Shown here: positions 17,191-26,634 of the stretch, piece by piece | How positions within the stretch are numbered: position 1 is the stretch's first letter | Layout: each line of letters begins with the position of its first letter | Source of the DNA: an uncultured Candidatus Bathyarchaeia archaeon | Lineage (GTDB): Archaea > Thermoproteota > Bathyarchaeia > 40CM-2-53-6 > JALHTG01 | Assembly: GCA_964653695.1 (NCBI GenBank) | Contig: CAZZFQ010000003.1 | Coordinates: forward strand, 1 to 53,032 | Direction: 5' to 3' | Length of the DNA stretch: 53,032 bases | Made by a program: the position numbers and the translations under genes | Notes under the pieces: generated by a model | The model's database searches: none | What the model was told of the DNA's origin: nothing | The model's input: the letters and a program-made list of their open reading frames with translations, nothing else

Positions 17191-17278
17191 CCCAGAGAGC
17201 ATATTTGGTGAACCATGGCTCTGATGCAGCGTCGTGTTCAAGGGAGCTTGTGCAAGGGGGAAGCATATCTTTGGCTCT

Positions 17279-18220
17279 CTAGCTTTTTCGCTCGATCTTC
17301 TTCTCGCATTCGCGTCTCAGCCTGAGATATTCTTTTTCGTCTATTTTCCCTTCTGCTCTAAGTTGTTCCAGTTCAACCAGCTTTCTCGTAGCTATCACAT
17401 CCTCCTTCGTCAGCTCCAACTCCTCAAAACGCATGATCCTTCTCGACTTTCTTCTCAGCATCACGTAGCCAATCGTTAATGCTGAGGCTACAGAGATCAA
17501 CCAGAGAAGAGGAGCAAAGGTTTGCTTCGCAACTATGACAAGAGTGGCTGAAGCGGAGCGAGATCTTCCTCCTCCCGATCCTAGTATCAATAATGTATAG
17601 TTGCCTGTCGGAGTATCTGGTGAGGAGACGAGTGTCAAGATCAATGAAGCGTTAGGCTGGACGAAATCGGAGCTGAAGTGCCACCTGATTCCTTGTGGAA
17701 GAGCGGAACCAAGTGTCAAGTAGACGGTTTCGTTGAATATCCCAGTTCCAATAACGTTCATGTTGTATGTGGCGTTTTCGCCTTGTTCCATCACTTTGAC
17801 GCTTTCAGTGATCGTGATCATGAAGTCTCTCCTGGCAATCAAGAAGGATGTTGCGTATCGCCCATCAATATATCCTTCCTTGCTCGCTGTGATATACACG
17901 GTGTATGTTCCTACTGGAATACGGGGGTTGAGGGCGAATGTATCGGAAAAGCTACCATTGGGGGCCGACAGCGCTCTTGCTATGTGGATCGTGCTTCCCA
18001 GAGGATCTACCACTTGGATAGAGACGACTGCTTCAGAAATAGTATTTCCTTTCATGTCAATTACTCTGCCTGAGATCATTACGCTCTCTGAGACCTCGAT
18101 CGAGACCTGAATGAATAACTGAGCGGACTCCTGCTGAACGGAACAGGCTGCGGAGGAGAAGATAGACAGAACTAGAAGCCAAGTCAATATCGCCTCTGCC
18201 TTCATTTGAAATAGCCTCAA
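17279..18220 (-). CDS. Membrane protein: signal peptide, Ig-like/carboxypeptidase-regulatory-like ectodomains, one TM, cytoplasmic SHOCT-like tail
   Basis: 'ILTWLLVLSIFSSAA', TM 'LLWLISVASALTIGYVML', C-terminal 'LVELEQLRAEGKIDEKEYLRLRRECEKKI' (SHOCT-like). Confidence 0.7.
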   Translation of the reverse strand: MRLFQMKAEAILTWLLVLSIFSSAACSVQQESAQLFIQVSIEVSESVMISGRVIDMKGNTISEAVVSIQVVDPLGSTIHIARALSAPNGSFSDTFALNPRIPVGTYTVYITASKEGYIDGRYATSFLIARRDFMITITESVKVMEQGENATYNMNVIGTGIFNETVYLTLGSALPQGIRWHFSSDFVQPNASLILTLVSSPDTPTGNYTLLILGSGGGRSRSASATLVIVAKQTFAPLLWLISVASALTIGYVMLRRKSRRIMRFEELELTKEDVIATRKLVELEQLRAEGKIDEKEYLRLRRECEKKIERKS

Positions 18221-18460
18221 CCTGTCTCGTTCACTTCGGAAGTACGCGAGGAATCACTAAAAGAGTTGTGTTGTCGTCCGATTCACCTAACAACTATCTC
18301 TTTCGACTCCGATTGCCAAGTCTGATGCATCCAAGTTGAGCTTCCTCAGTATCGCGCGGGACAAGGGCTTTGCCCTATGAACGCACGTGGTCTTCCAGGC
18401 ATGCAAACGGCTATCTTTTGGCCCTTAATGTTCTTCGAGATGCGGATCTGTCTTGTCTGG

Positions 18461-19237
18461 CTAACATACCGTCTGGATTTCCTTGGAGATCTCAATCAGT
18501 CTTTTGACGAATAGGTGTCCTGGCTGCGATGCTGTCTGAATCCCATGTCCTCCAGCCGAGTGTATGTCACAGAAACAAGGTATGATCCCAAAGATGGGTA
18601 GGTTGAACTCTCTTTCGAGGCGCAGCTTCAGTGTTTGCGTAGCTTCAAGTGAATAGGACTCCATGCCAATCATTCTGTTTACAATTAGCCCTGTCTTCTT
18701 TCCCAGAACCTGATACAGTCCTCTTATCATCCTCTTTGTCCCCTCCGTGTCGAAATCGTCGGCTTTGGTTACCACAACGTTAAGGTCTGATACAGCCAGG
18801 GCGTTGGCTGCTGAGAATTGCATCCCTGGGCTTGTGTCAAATATCAAGTAGTCCATTGCTAGGTCTTTGAGGACCTTATCTTTGGCTGAGAGGGTTCGGT
18901 GGAGAGATTTCGTTTCCCATTTCCTGTCCTTCGCCATCATTTCACGTATCGCATCAGTTGAAGGGTCTGCGAAGCCGGCGAGGAGTTTGCCGCTTGTCGA
19001 AAACTCGTTTGAGAGATCAAGGAGTATTTGTTCGATCTCATACTTTCCTTCAAGGTAGTCACCTACCCAATGCTTCGGACTCGTTTTGAAGATTATGTGT
19101 TGACTTGGGGCCCTGAAATCATAGTCTAAGATGCAGACATTCGATCCGCCGCGTGCGAAGATAAGCGCCAAGTTGGCTGATATCGAGGTCTTTCCCGTGC
19201 CGCCCTTGTAGCTGTGAAACGCTAGGACTTTCGCCAC
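18461..19237 (-). CDS. MinD/ParA-family P-loop ATPase
   Basis: Deviant Walker A 'SYKGGTGKTSISANLA' and Walker B-like 'DYLIFDTSPG'. Confidence 0.85.
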   Translation of the reverse strand: MAKVLAFHSYKGGTGKTSISANLALIFARGGSNVCILDYDFRAPSQHIIFKTSPKHWVGDYLEGKYEIEQILLDLSNEFSTSGKLLAGFADPSTDAIREMMAKDRKWETKSLHRTLSAKDKVLKDLAMDYLIFDTSPGMQFSAANALAVSDLNVVVTKADDFDTEGTKRMIRGLYQVLGKKTGLIVNRMIGMESYSLEATQTLKLRLEREFNLPIFGIIPCFCDIHSAGGHGIQTASQPGHLFVKRLIEISKEIQTVC

Positions 19238-19249
19238 GGTCTCATTCTC

Positions 19250-19645
19250 CTACTTTTCTACGGAGAAAACAGCGTTTCGTGAGACTCTTCTCTTCTTCAC
19301 GTATCCCATCTCCACAAGCTGATTTAGATAGTCACTTTCTGCTGCTCGAACGCGACCGGTTTCGGATGCAACTCTGCTTGCAGTTCCCTCGCCTAACTTC
19401 ACAATGGCCATCGCGGTCTTCCTCAAGTGGTCTGGAAGTAAGAGTAGTGTGTTGACATCCAGCTGCCCATACTTCGCCGAGGTCTGCCCCGCATCACGTA
19501 GGCGGCTACTCCTAAAGGCCTCAGCCAGATAGGCCAAGGTTCGGTTAAGGCTTTCCAAGTTTCGGTTTAAGGACCTCAATTCGTCATGGATTTGAGTGGT
19601 AGTCTTTGCTGAGCCACGGGTTCTCGACAATTGAATGACTCTCAA
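19250..19645 (-). CDS. Winged-helix DNA-binding protein (MarR/ArsR-like) with N-terminal coiled coil
   Basis: 'KLGEGTASRVASETGRVRAAESDYLNQLVEMGYVKKRR' fits HTH + wing. 12 nt upstream of the MinD/ParA gene. TTG start. Confidence 0.6.
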   Translation of the reverse strand: MRVIQLSRTRGSAKTTTQIHDELRSLNRNLESLNRTLAYLAEAFRSSRLRDAGQTSAKYGQLDVNTLLLLPDHLRKTAMAIVKLGEGTASRVASETGRVRAAESDYLNQLVEMGYVKKRRVSRNAVFSVEK

Positions 19646-19753
19646 AGTAGATTCCTGAGAACCCTATATAAATTCCGAGGCTCTACCGATTAACTGGTTG
19701 TCTTCATGAGATTAAACACTGGAGGATGAGCATGGGAGTGGATCGATATAGAC

Positions 19754-20731
19754 CTATGGTTCGCCGAATATGCTCTCCGGGAAGAGGTACCACTCTACTT
19801 CTTCAGCTGACTGCAACATACCCAGGCGTGCATAATCCTTCACAACTACCACACCTATTGCGGCTTGTGTGAAGCCAATGGACTCGTATTGGGTTAAGTC
19901 TCGAGTTTTTGCTGCCATATAGATACCACAGCCTCTCAGATCTCTCAGCGATTCAAAGATTTCTCGAATCATACCGCATGGCTCGCTTAGAAGTACAAAT
20001 CGCTTCGACCCTAGGCTGGAAGTGACGTGACGGGTAACTGCGACATGGCCCACAATGCTCTCATTCTCCTCAGCTAGAAAGATCGATTTGAGATCGGAAT
20101 TGCTGTATGTCAAGTACCGCCACTTGTATTCCGCCGTGTTAAGGAGAGGCACACCCATTTTCTTCCTGTTTGACAGGTTCAGGAAGGCGATGACTTTGTC
20201 GAGATCTTTCTCTGAGCATCTTCTGACTCCCGGCTCATCAGAACGCCCAGTCTTTCGTTCTTGTTCCGCTGTCTTCAACGAGTCTACGCTAGGACTAGTC
20301 ACCAATCGCAGCGTCAGGAATTCATCAACGGTTGACCAGCCAAGCTGTGTACACATCCTGTGCGCCAAGTTGTCCTTGCCCTCATAGACCATAAGCAGAG
20401 CCTTCCTATCTTCTGCGAAGCTCATGAACCTCATGAGAAGCGTTCTCCCTATCCCCTTTCCTCTCACCTCAGGTGAGACGCAAAAGTCATCGCCAATCAC
20501 GGAAGGAACCTTCTGCCCTTTGAAGAATAGATCTCTTGGGGTCCCTATGAGATACCCCTTGACCTCACCGTTGTCCTCAGCGATTATGACGCCTTCTGGA
20601 TCGAAGTAAGGGTTCTTAAGATAGCGCCACATCCAAGAACGCTCAGTCCTAATGATTCCTTGCGGGAAGCACTTGTTGAACAGATCCACAAGTCCAGCTT
20701 CGTCTCCGCTCAAGTACGTTCGAATTCTCAT
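19754..20731 (-). CDS. GNAT-family N-acetyltransferase (two-lobed, 325 aa)
   Basis: Acetyl-CoA motif 'VSPEVRGKGIGRTLL'. 4-nt overlap with the upstream deacetylase gene. Confidence 0.75.
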   Translation of the reverse strand: MRIRTYLSGDEAGLVDLFNKCFPQGIIRTERSWMWRYLKNPYFDPEGVIIAEDNGEVKGYLIGTPRDLFFKGQKVPSVIGDDFCVSPEVRGKGIGRTLLMRFMSFAEDRKALLMVYEGKDNLAHRMCTQLGWSTVDEFLTLRLVTSPSVDSLKTAEQERKTGRSDEPGVRRCSEKDLDKVIAFLNLSNRKKMGVPLLNTAEYKWRYLTYSNSDLKSIFLAEENESIVGHVAVTRHVTSSLGSKRFVLLSEPCGMIREIFESLRDLRGCGIYMAAKTRDLTQYESIGFTQAAIGVVVVKDYARLGMLQSAEEVEWYLFPESIFGEP

Positions 20732-21501
20732 TCATCCCACCGATCTGAACCTGAGAGAACGAATCTGAGGAGCTCAATGTAAGCGTCTTGCTTGGCACAA
20801 AAGAACGCTTCCATGAATTTCATACCAGGATCGCCGAAGGTCAAGGCACGATAACGGTTCAGGCTCACAACTGCACCGAGATAGTTTCTCACCGCTAACT
20901 GTGTCTCAAACCTTCTGATCGCGGCGAGTTTGAGATGCATCTCTTGTGTTATGTCGACGAGGGTGTTTGGCAGGAGCGGAGAGTAAACCTCGTACGCACA
21001 ACAGGTGAACTGTTGCTCGAACCCAGCTGCCGCTTTGGCCAAAATCTTATTCGTCTCCATGTGGTCTCTGTGATATATGCCATCCAACACAAAGGGAAGG
21101 TACACGAGATCTGGCTTAACCTCATTGAGGATGCTCCTCACCTCAGTCACAGTCTTACTGGTCGCCTCAAGCTCCTGATCCTTGTGCCGGAGAAAGATCT
21201 GCCTCTTGACACCTATGAGCTCACCAGCTGCCCTCGCTTCGCTTTCCCTCTCAGAGACGAGTTGCCTGTTTGAGCCAGAAACCCTGCCGCCCTTTCCTCC
21301 ATCTGTCAAATAGACGGATGTGATCTCGTGGCCGTGACTTCGATGCTTTATGAGAGTTCCGCCGCATGCAAAAAGATCGTCGTCCGGATGTGGTGAGAGA
21401 ACAAGGATGCTATTCCCGCTGGGGGTCTCAACCAGAACAGGCCTTTCCGCCAACAGTCTCTTCAGGATTCTGGAATAGCACGGTAGGGCTTGATCTTGCA
21501 T
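20728..21501 (-). CDS. PIG-L/LmbE-family N-acetylglucosaminyl deacetylase
   Basis: 'ILVLSPHPDDDLFACGGTLIKH' is the family's PHPDD(E/D) zinc-site motif. 'HRDH' occurs later. Confidence 0.8.
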   Translation of the reverse strand: MQDQALPCYSRILKRLLAERPVLVETPSGNSILVLSPHPDDDLFACGGTLIKHRSHGHEITSVYLTDGGKGGRVSGSNRQLVSERESEARAAGELIGVKRQIFLRHKDQELEATSKTVTEVRSILNEVKPDLVYLPFVLDGIYHRDHMETNKILAKAAAGFEQQFTCCAYEVYSPLLPNTLVDITQEMHLKLAAIRRFETQLAVRNYLGAVVSLNRYRALTFGDPGMKFMEAFFCAKQDAYIELLRFVLSGSDRWDE

Positions 21502-21599
21502 ATTCGAATCAACAACGACTTATCCTTAAATGCCGATTGGTCAAGGACCTACGGCAGGTATATCCTGTGTTATTTGTGAGGCCTTTACTCTGCCCTCAT

Positions 21600-22913
21600 C
21601 TACATTTCTCGGTACTCGGGAGCCGTCCAAGCGTCGGACTCCACTGTCTCTCCTGATCCTAGAATCCTCCTTTGAGTCTCAGTCATCTGCTTGTGGTACC
21701 TTCTGTAGAGCGGTGTTCCGTAAACGGGCAGCCAGTCTTTAAGTGAAATCGCGCAGTTTGAGTGGTTCGCTTTGATCCATTCAACCAGGGATTCTGTTGC
21801 TCTCCTATCTTCCTCCTTTTCGTCGGGCAGGTTCTTCATGAGCGAGTATTTTGCCGCTATTCCTTTGCGGTTCAGATTCTCCACCGCTCTCTTAATATCG
21901 CTGATGCTCTGAGGTTTTCCGATCAACTTTAGAATCCTCTCGGACCCGCTCTCCACACCCACATATACCTTGATCAGTCTTGTCGCTATTTCCTCAAACC
22001 AACTTGAGAGAATGTGGGGAACCGTCACATCCATGTAGAACTTGATGTTCAGCCCCTCTCTATCCAAGGCTCGGTAGAGCTCCAGTATTCTCTCTGGCTG
22101 TTGGAGTGGACTATCGTCTATAAGACGAATATATTCGACTCCGAACCGGCTGTGGAGATATTCTATTTGGCAGAGAACCTCTTCGGATGACTGGCCGACC
22201 CATTTTCTTTCAATTGAGTTGATGCAGAACTCGCATCCGGACATGCATCCAGTTGAAGTGTAAAGGTTGAAGGTCCTCACCGGTCTTCCCCTGTAGATGT
22301 CCTCATCATGAACATACTTCTCTACATTGATCAGATCATAGTCGGGGACAGGTAGGCATGTAGGAAAGCCTCTAGGTCCAGTCGTAACAACATCACCCTT
22401 CGATGTCAAGTATGATATGCCAAGAATATTCGAGGGTTTCCTCCTGCCCTCTATCGCTTCACATATGTCGAGAATCGTCTCGAATCCATGTCCATGACAT
22501 AGAATTTGGAAACCTGCCTTTCCCAACAATCGGTCCCTTATGTTCTCTGGTGGCAGATGTGACACGAAGGCGCCTCCTAGAACCCATGGCCCGGAATACT
22601 CGAAATAATTCGAGAAAGGAAGAAACGATTCAACCAGAGAAAGCTGAGGGGCCATCGAACATGAGAAACCGATGAAAAGCGGTTGCTTGGATACTGCCTC
22701 ACGGATTCTCTGAAGGAAACCTTCTCCTCCTTCACAAAGTCTCTCGTCCACGATCGTTGGATTATAGCCTGACTTTGCAAGAGCCGTCGCCAAGAACCAC
22801 ACCGAATAGGGAGGGATCGGCCTCATTCGATCTCCGTCAGGATATACCAGTACAACCTCCCTTGAGTCCTTGTTCAGGCCCCATTCGGGCGAAACATCAC
22901 ACATAACCCACAC
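21600..22913 (-). CDS. B12-binding-domain radical SAM enzyme (class B)
   Basis: 'TSTGCMSGCEFC' = CxxxCxxC. The N-terminal ~200 aa has a Rossmann-like B12-domain pattern ('VVLVYPD', 'LFIGFSC'). Confidence 0.75.
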   Translation of the reverse strand: MWVMCDVSPEWGLNKDSREVVLVYPDGDRMRPIPPYSVWFLATALAKSGYNPTIVDERLCEGGEGFLQRIREAVSKQPLFIGFSCSMAPQLSLVESFLPFSNYFEYSGPWVLGGAFVSHLPPENIRDRLLGKAGFQILCHGHGFETILDICEAIEGRRKPSNILGISYLTSKGDVVTTGPRGFPTCLPVPDYDLINVEKYVHDEDIYRGRPVRTFNLYTSTGCMSGCEFCINSIERKWVGQSSEEVLCQIEYLHSRFGVEYIRLIDDSPLQQPERILELYRALDREGLNIKFYMDVTVPHILSSWFEEIATRLIKVYVGVESGSERILKLIGKPQSISDIKRAVENLNRKGIAAKYSLMKNLPDEKEEDRRATESLVEWIKANHSNCAISLKDWLPVYGTPLYRRYHKQMTETQRRILGSGETVESDAWTAPEYREM

Positions 22914-23186
22914 GGCCTTTATCTTGAGAGGAGGAAGTGACGAAAGGACCTGCCCTAAGACAAGTTAGCTCTCCCCACGTCATGTCGGGCCCCTTACCTT
23001 GTTTTGGTTGGTCAGGCATTGTCTGGCCGTTTTCTTTAAGCTTTCGAGTATATGGTCCTTAGTTCTGTCTTCGACGTGCTTAAGTCTTGGTTGCTTTCGA
23101 TCCAGCACTTCTCATGACACAGCGCGATTCTACCTGTTGTCAACATGTAACACATTCGGCTCAATGGATGTCTCTCCGAAAAAGCC

Positions 23187-23199
23187 TAATAAATAAATA
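23187..23199 (+). promoter_or_regulatory. A/T-rich TATA-like element TAATAAATAAATA ~35-40 nt upstream of ATG 23231
   Basis: Read directly. Confidence 0.3.
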
Positions 23200-23230
23200 G
23201 GCATCTTGCATCTGTCGTGAAGAGAGTCCC

Positions 23231-25921
23231 ATGAGTACAGGGCTCCGGGCTTGCAAACAGGATGCCTTAGCTGTACTTCTGTTATTCCTGTTGCTGGAGT
23301 CCCTGTTCACGGTTGAATCCCAATCGACGAAGGCTGCCTCAGCATCGCTGATTTCGCCTTCGAACGGCTGGGGTATCTTTGCTGGGACGGTTGGCGACGT
23401 AGAGGTAGTGATCGACTGTCCCGGGATAGCTGTGAGAATAGAGATCCCTCGCGAGTTCATGAAGGGGCGCAGAGAAAATGACACATCTTTTCTCTCATCT
23501 GACATATCGAATGACTATTATTACTACTCTCTTATTGACCAGTCCCTTCACTATTCCTACTCTCGTGATGCGCCAGGATACAAACCTGACTTTCCGCCTT
23601 ATGATCCAAACGCGCCCTTTATGGCTGAGATATGGAGTCGCGACTGGACCGGGTTCGTTGGGTTCAAGCCGCCCAAGCACGTGTGGATGAGGAACCTTGT
23701 GGCTCCAACTGTGGCAGGCAAGTATGAGTTTCTCATGTACGTTGCAGACAAGACCTACGAAGAAGCACCTCTGTTCCCAATCAATCCTACGCGAATTCTC
23801 CCAATCATGGTAAGCAAAGCGCCCTTCCCCGCATCTGTCAGCGGATTCATCGTCGATCCCTTGATTCAACCTCCAACCTCAATAAAGGCAAGGGGGATAG
23901 TCTACGCGCTCGACAAAGCTGGAGAAATCATAGCAAGATGCTTCGTCGACAATAACACAGGTTTCTTCAACATAACTGGACTCAGCGAAGGCGAGTGCAT
24001 CTTAGAGGCCTCGGCTGGCTACTGGGGAGAGACGGGCTATTCCTATGTGCCCACCCGATACCAAGAGTCCATTCGCCTCTTCAGAAACAGCAAGGTCACC
24101 TTGAACATAATGTTGAAGAGAGGATGCATGATAAAGGGAAAAATCAAGTACACCAAGCCAGATGGCTCCCCCATCTCATCTCTGAGTCACCCTGCTTTCG
24201 CAGGGATGTCTCATCCCTGGAGCAGCGGCCTAGAACGAATCGCTTCTCTGAACTACACAGTTCAAGCTCTCACAGACAGAGGAGAGGTAGTCGCATCCTG
24301 CACTGCGCAATCAACCGGCTTTAGTGAGGATCTCTTTGTCTTGACGAACAGGGCTGAGATAAGGCATGTCGCGTATCCTGCAGTGGGCACTGCATACTCC
24401 GGTTTCTTACCGGGTAAGTACGTTCTGAAGGCCTGGGTGTTCGGATATGTCCAGAAGACGTCACTTGTCCTTACAGTCACATCGTTCTCCACGGAGAACG
24501 TTGAGATACGACTAGTCACTGGAGGCACAGTCATAGGAACAATAGGCTTTTGTGACCCGAGAAGCCTCAAACCTGAAACACCCCGTATGGCGGAAAAGCT
24601 GAACTTCGGAACCTCGTCTGGAACCCTCTACGGCGGAAATGTCCTAGTTTCCGCCTACGACTCAAACGGGCAACTGGCAGCGCTAAGTCTGATCCGCGGG
24701 GCAATGCCTAATGGCACGACAGCTTACGCAGACCGCTCCTCAATCCGGTTCTGCTTGCTCGGATTCAGCGAATCACTCAACCGGACGTTCTCGGGCGTCT
24801 GGCAAAGGAGAGACTGCGGCATTCCATCTGGAACATACAGCATCAAGGTTCAGGTGAGAGGATACCTTCAAGCGGGCAGTTCCATAGCAACTGTATTCGA
24901 AGGATTGAACAGCACGGCCCATGTAGCGTTGACAAGGCAAGGTGCCATAAGTACTGTGGTGACGTCGTCGATCCCTCTGACTGAAGGATCTCAGAACGAA
25001 GTTCCTTGGGCCTTCCAGAGTCTAACTCCTCGCCCTCACCTCAGAGTATATGTATACGGATATGACGGCTCTGAGGCTGGATACGTCGAAACCAGAATTG
25101 GCCCAGGAAGCCCAACAACGCGTACCCCCTCCTTGAACTTCACTGGAAGGAACTGCACAATACCAGAAATCGTCTTCCAAGGATACCTGCCAAGCTCGGT
25201 CACCGGAGGAACCTATGCTCTAAAGGTATTCACGTTCGGCTACATTCAGGGGAGAGACGCCAAGGTTACAATTTCTGATTCAACAGCCATACAGACTATG
25301 CTCCAAGTCCACCCAGGTGTCAATGTCAGTGGAACGGTATGGATTATGGCCGGCGGTTACCTTGCATCCGTTACTGAGGAAACGCAGGCGAGAGTCGAAG
25401 CGTATGGCTCCCGTGGAACCTTTGCAGCTGTAAACTTCTCATATCCTCACTCTGGAGCAGGCAGCTTCAACTTCACTCTGATAGGATTCCGAGGAGTGGG
25501 GCACTTCTTCTACGTCACTCCCAACGGTGATAGAATCAAAGACTATGGGCTGCCGCGAGGAACCTACACGTTCAAAGTGCACGACTTCGGTAGCGAATGG
25601 AGATACCACGTACGGCGTCAGCCCACACTAGATATTCTAACGTCACAATCAACCATGTATCTCATCGCCAATAGAATGAACAAGATCTCTGGGAAAGTCC
25701 TAGGAATGGTGCCTGAGGGGGCCTCGATTCCGCTTTCATGGGTGGCAGTCGCTGCTGGAAACGAATCCACCTTCTCGATCGATGGGAGATACACCCTGCA
25801 TGTTGAAGAGGGAACCTACGTGATCTCGTTTAAGCTGGCCGGGTACCTAGGCAGGCTGGTCAATTGTACGATAACGGGCAACCGGCAGATCGAGCTTGAC
25901 GTGACGCTCGATCCTTCTTAG
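23231..25921 (+). CDS. Large secreted surface protein with repeated carboxypeptidase-regulatory-like beta-sandwich segments; candidate S-layer/surface glycoprotein
   Basis: Signal 'ALAVLLLFLLLESLF'. Recurring 'G.Y.L.V...GY' beta-sandwich pattern. About 14 N-x-S/T sequons by manual count. Immediately followed by the rml-like genes. Confidence 0.75.
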   Translation: MSTGLRACKQDALAVLLLFLLLESLFTVESQSTKAASASLISPSNGWGIFAGTVGDVEVVIDCPGIAVRIEIPREFMKGRRENDTSFLSSDISNDYYYYSLIDQSLHYSYSRDAPGYKPDFPPYDPNAPFMAEIWSRDWTGFVGFKPPKHVWMRNLVAPTVAGKYEFLMYVADKTYEEAPLFPINPTRILPIMVSKAPFPASVSGFIVDPLIQPPTSIKARGIVYALDKAGEIIARCFVDNNTGFFNITGLSEGECILEASAGYWGETGYSYVPTRYQESIRLFRNSKVTLNIMLKRGCMIKGKIKYTKPDGSPISSLSHPAFAGMSHPWSSGLERIASLNYTVQALTDRGEVVASCTAQSTGFSEDLFVLTNRAEIRHVAYPAVGTAYSGFLPGKYVLKAWVFGYVQKTSLVLTVTSFSTENVEIRLVTGGTVIGTIGFCDPRSLKPETPRMAEKLNFGTSSGTLYGGNVLVSAYDSNGQLAALSLIRGAMPNGTTAYADRSSIRFCLLGFSESLNRTFSGVWQRRDCGIPSGTYSIKVQVRGYLQAGSSIATVFEGLNSTAHVALTRQGAISTVVTSSIPLTEGSQNEVPWAFQSLTPRPHLRVYVYGYDGSEAGYVETRIGPGSPTTRTPSLNFTGRNCTIPEIVFQGYLPSSVTGGTYALKVFTFGYIQGRDAKVTISDSTAIQTMLQVHPGVNVSGTVWIMAGGYLASVTEETQARVEAYGSRGTFAAVNFSYPHSGAGSFNFTLIGFRGVGHFFYVTPNGDRIKDYGLPRGTYTFKVHDFGSEWRYHVRRQPTLDILTSQSTMYLIANRMNKISGKVLGMVPEGASIPLSWVAVAAGNESTFSIDGRYTLHVEEGTYVISFKLAGYLGRLVNCTITGNRQIELDVTLDPS

Positions 25922-26097
25922 CCCCATAAAGCCCGAGCAGATTGAGAGGGCTCACATCAACCCCGCGAGGAGCACCAAAAAGCAAAAGGCCAACCGCCAG
26001 CCCAACGAGGCCTCTATCCATAGGTCAATCCCATCCTAGCAAGCATAATAAAGGGCTCGCCATTCAACACAGGTCAAAAGGCGAGGTGACAGGTTCA

Positions 26098-26634
26098 GTG
26101 AGCGCAAGGAGTCTAGATCTTAAAGGAGTAGGAACATGCGACTTGAGGATCACGCCCGACGAAAGAGGGTTCTTCGCAGAAGGTTTGAGGCAAGACTGGA
26201 AGGAATTCTTAAATGGTCAATGGATCGCTCAGGCCAATCTCTCTTACAGTTACCCGAATGTGGTTAGGGCATGGCATAGACACCTAAGAGGCCAAGTAGA
26301 CTATTTCTTGGTCTTGGAAGGCTCGATGAAGATCTGCGCTTATGATGACGATGTGAAATCAGCGACAAGAGGTCACCTAGTTGAGATTGTGGCAAGTGCG
26401 AATAGGCCTCAGGTTGTCCGGATACCGGGCGAGTACTGGCACGGAACCAAGACAGTCGGCTGCAAACCTTCTCTAACGGTCTATTTCGTCACAAGGCTCT
26501 ACGAATACGAGAACCCTGACGAAGATCGGAGGCCGTGGAACGATACGACAATAGTGCCGACTACGGTAAACGGTAGAGCGGATGACCCTCGCGTCGGAAA
26601 ACCTTGGGACTGGTTCTATCCAGTTCACAAGTAG
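26098..26634 (+). CDS. rmlC: dTDP-4-dehydrorhamnose 3,5-epimerase-like cupin (RmlC family)
   Basis: 'DERGFFAE', 'VRAWHRH', 'DYFLVLEGSMKICAYD', 'IPGEYWHG'. GTG 26098 is preceded by GAGGTGA. The ORF-track start 25942 adds a basic low-complexity extension that I consider non-coding. Confidence 0.65.
   Translation: MSARSLDLKGVGTCDLRITPDERGFFAEGLRQDWKEFLNGQWIAQANLSYSYPNVVRAWHRHLRGQVDYFLVLEGSMKICAYDDDVKSATRGHLVEIVASANRPQVVRIPGEYWHGTKTVGCKPSLTVYFVTRLYEYENPDEDRRPWNDTTIVPTTVNGRADDPRVGKPWDWFYPVHK

Noticed and set aside
22914-23160. Two ~40-aa minus-strand ORFs upstream of the radical SAM gene, considered as RiPP precursor peptides (MCYMLTTGRIALCHEKCW... and MPDQPKQGKGPDMTWGELTCL...).
   Set aside because: No ribosome-binding site, no leader/core-like features, and one overlaps the rSAM start. 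There is insufficient evidence to call them genes.
25942-26097. N-terminal 52-aa extension of the RmlC-like ORF ('MRGLTSTPRGAPKSKRPTASPTRP...').
   Set aside because: It is basic, low-complexity and not part of the cupin fold. A GAGGTGA Shine-Dalgarno-like site followed by GTG at 26098 gives a normal-length RmlC.
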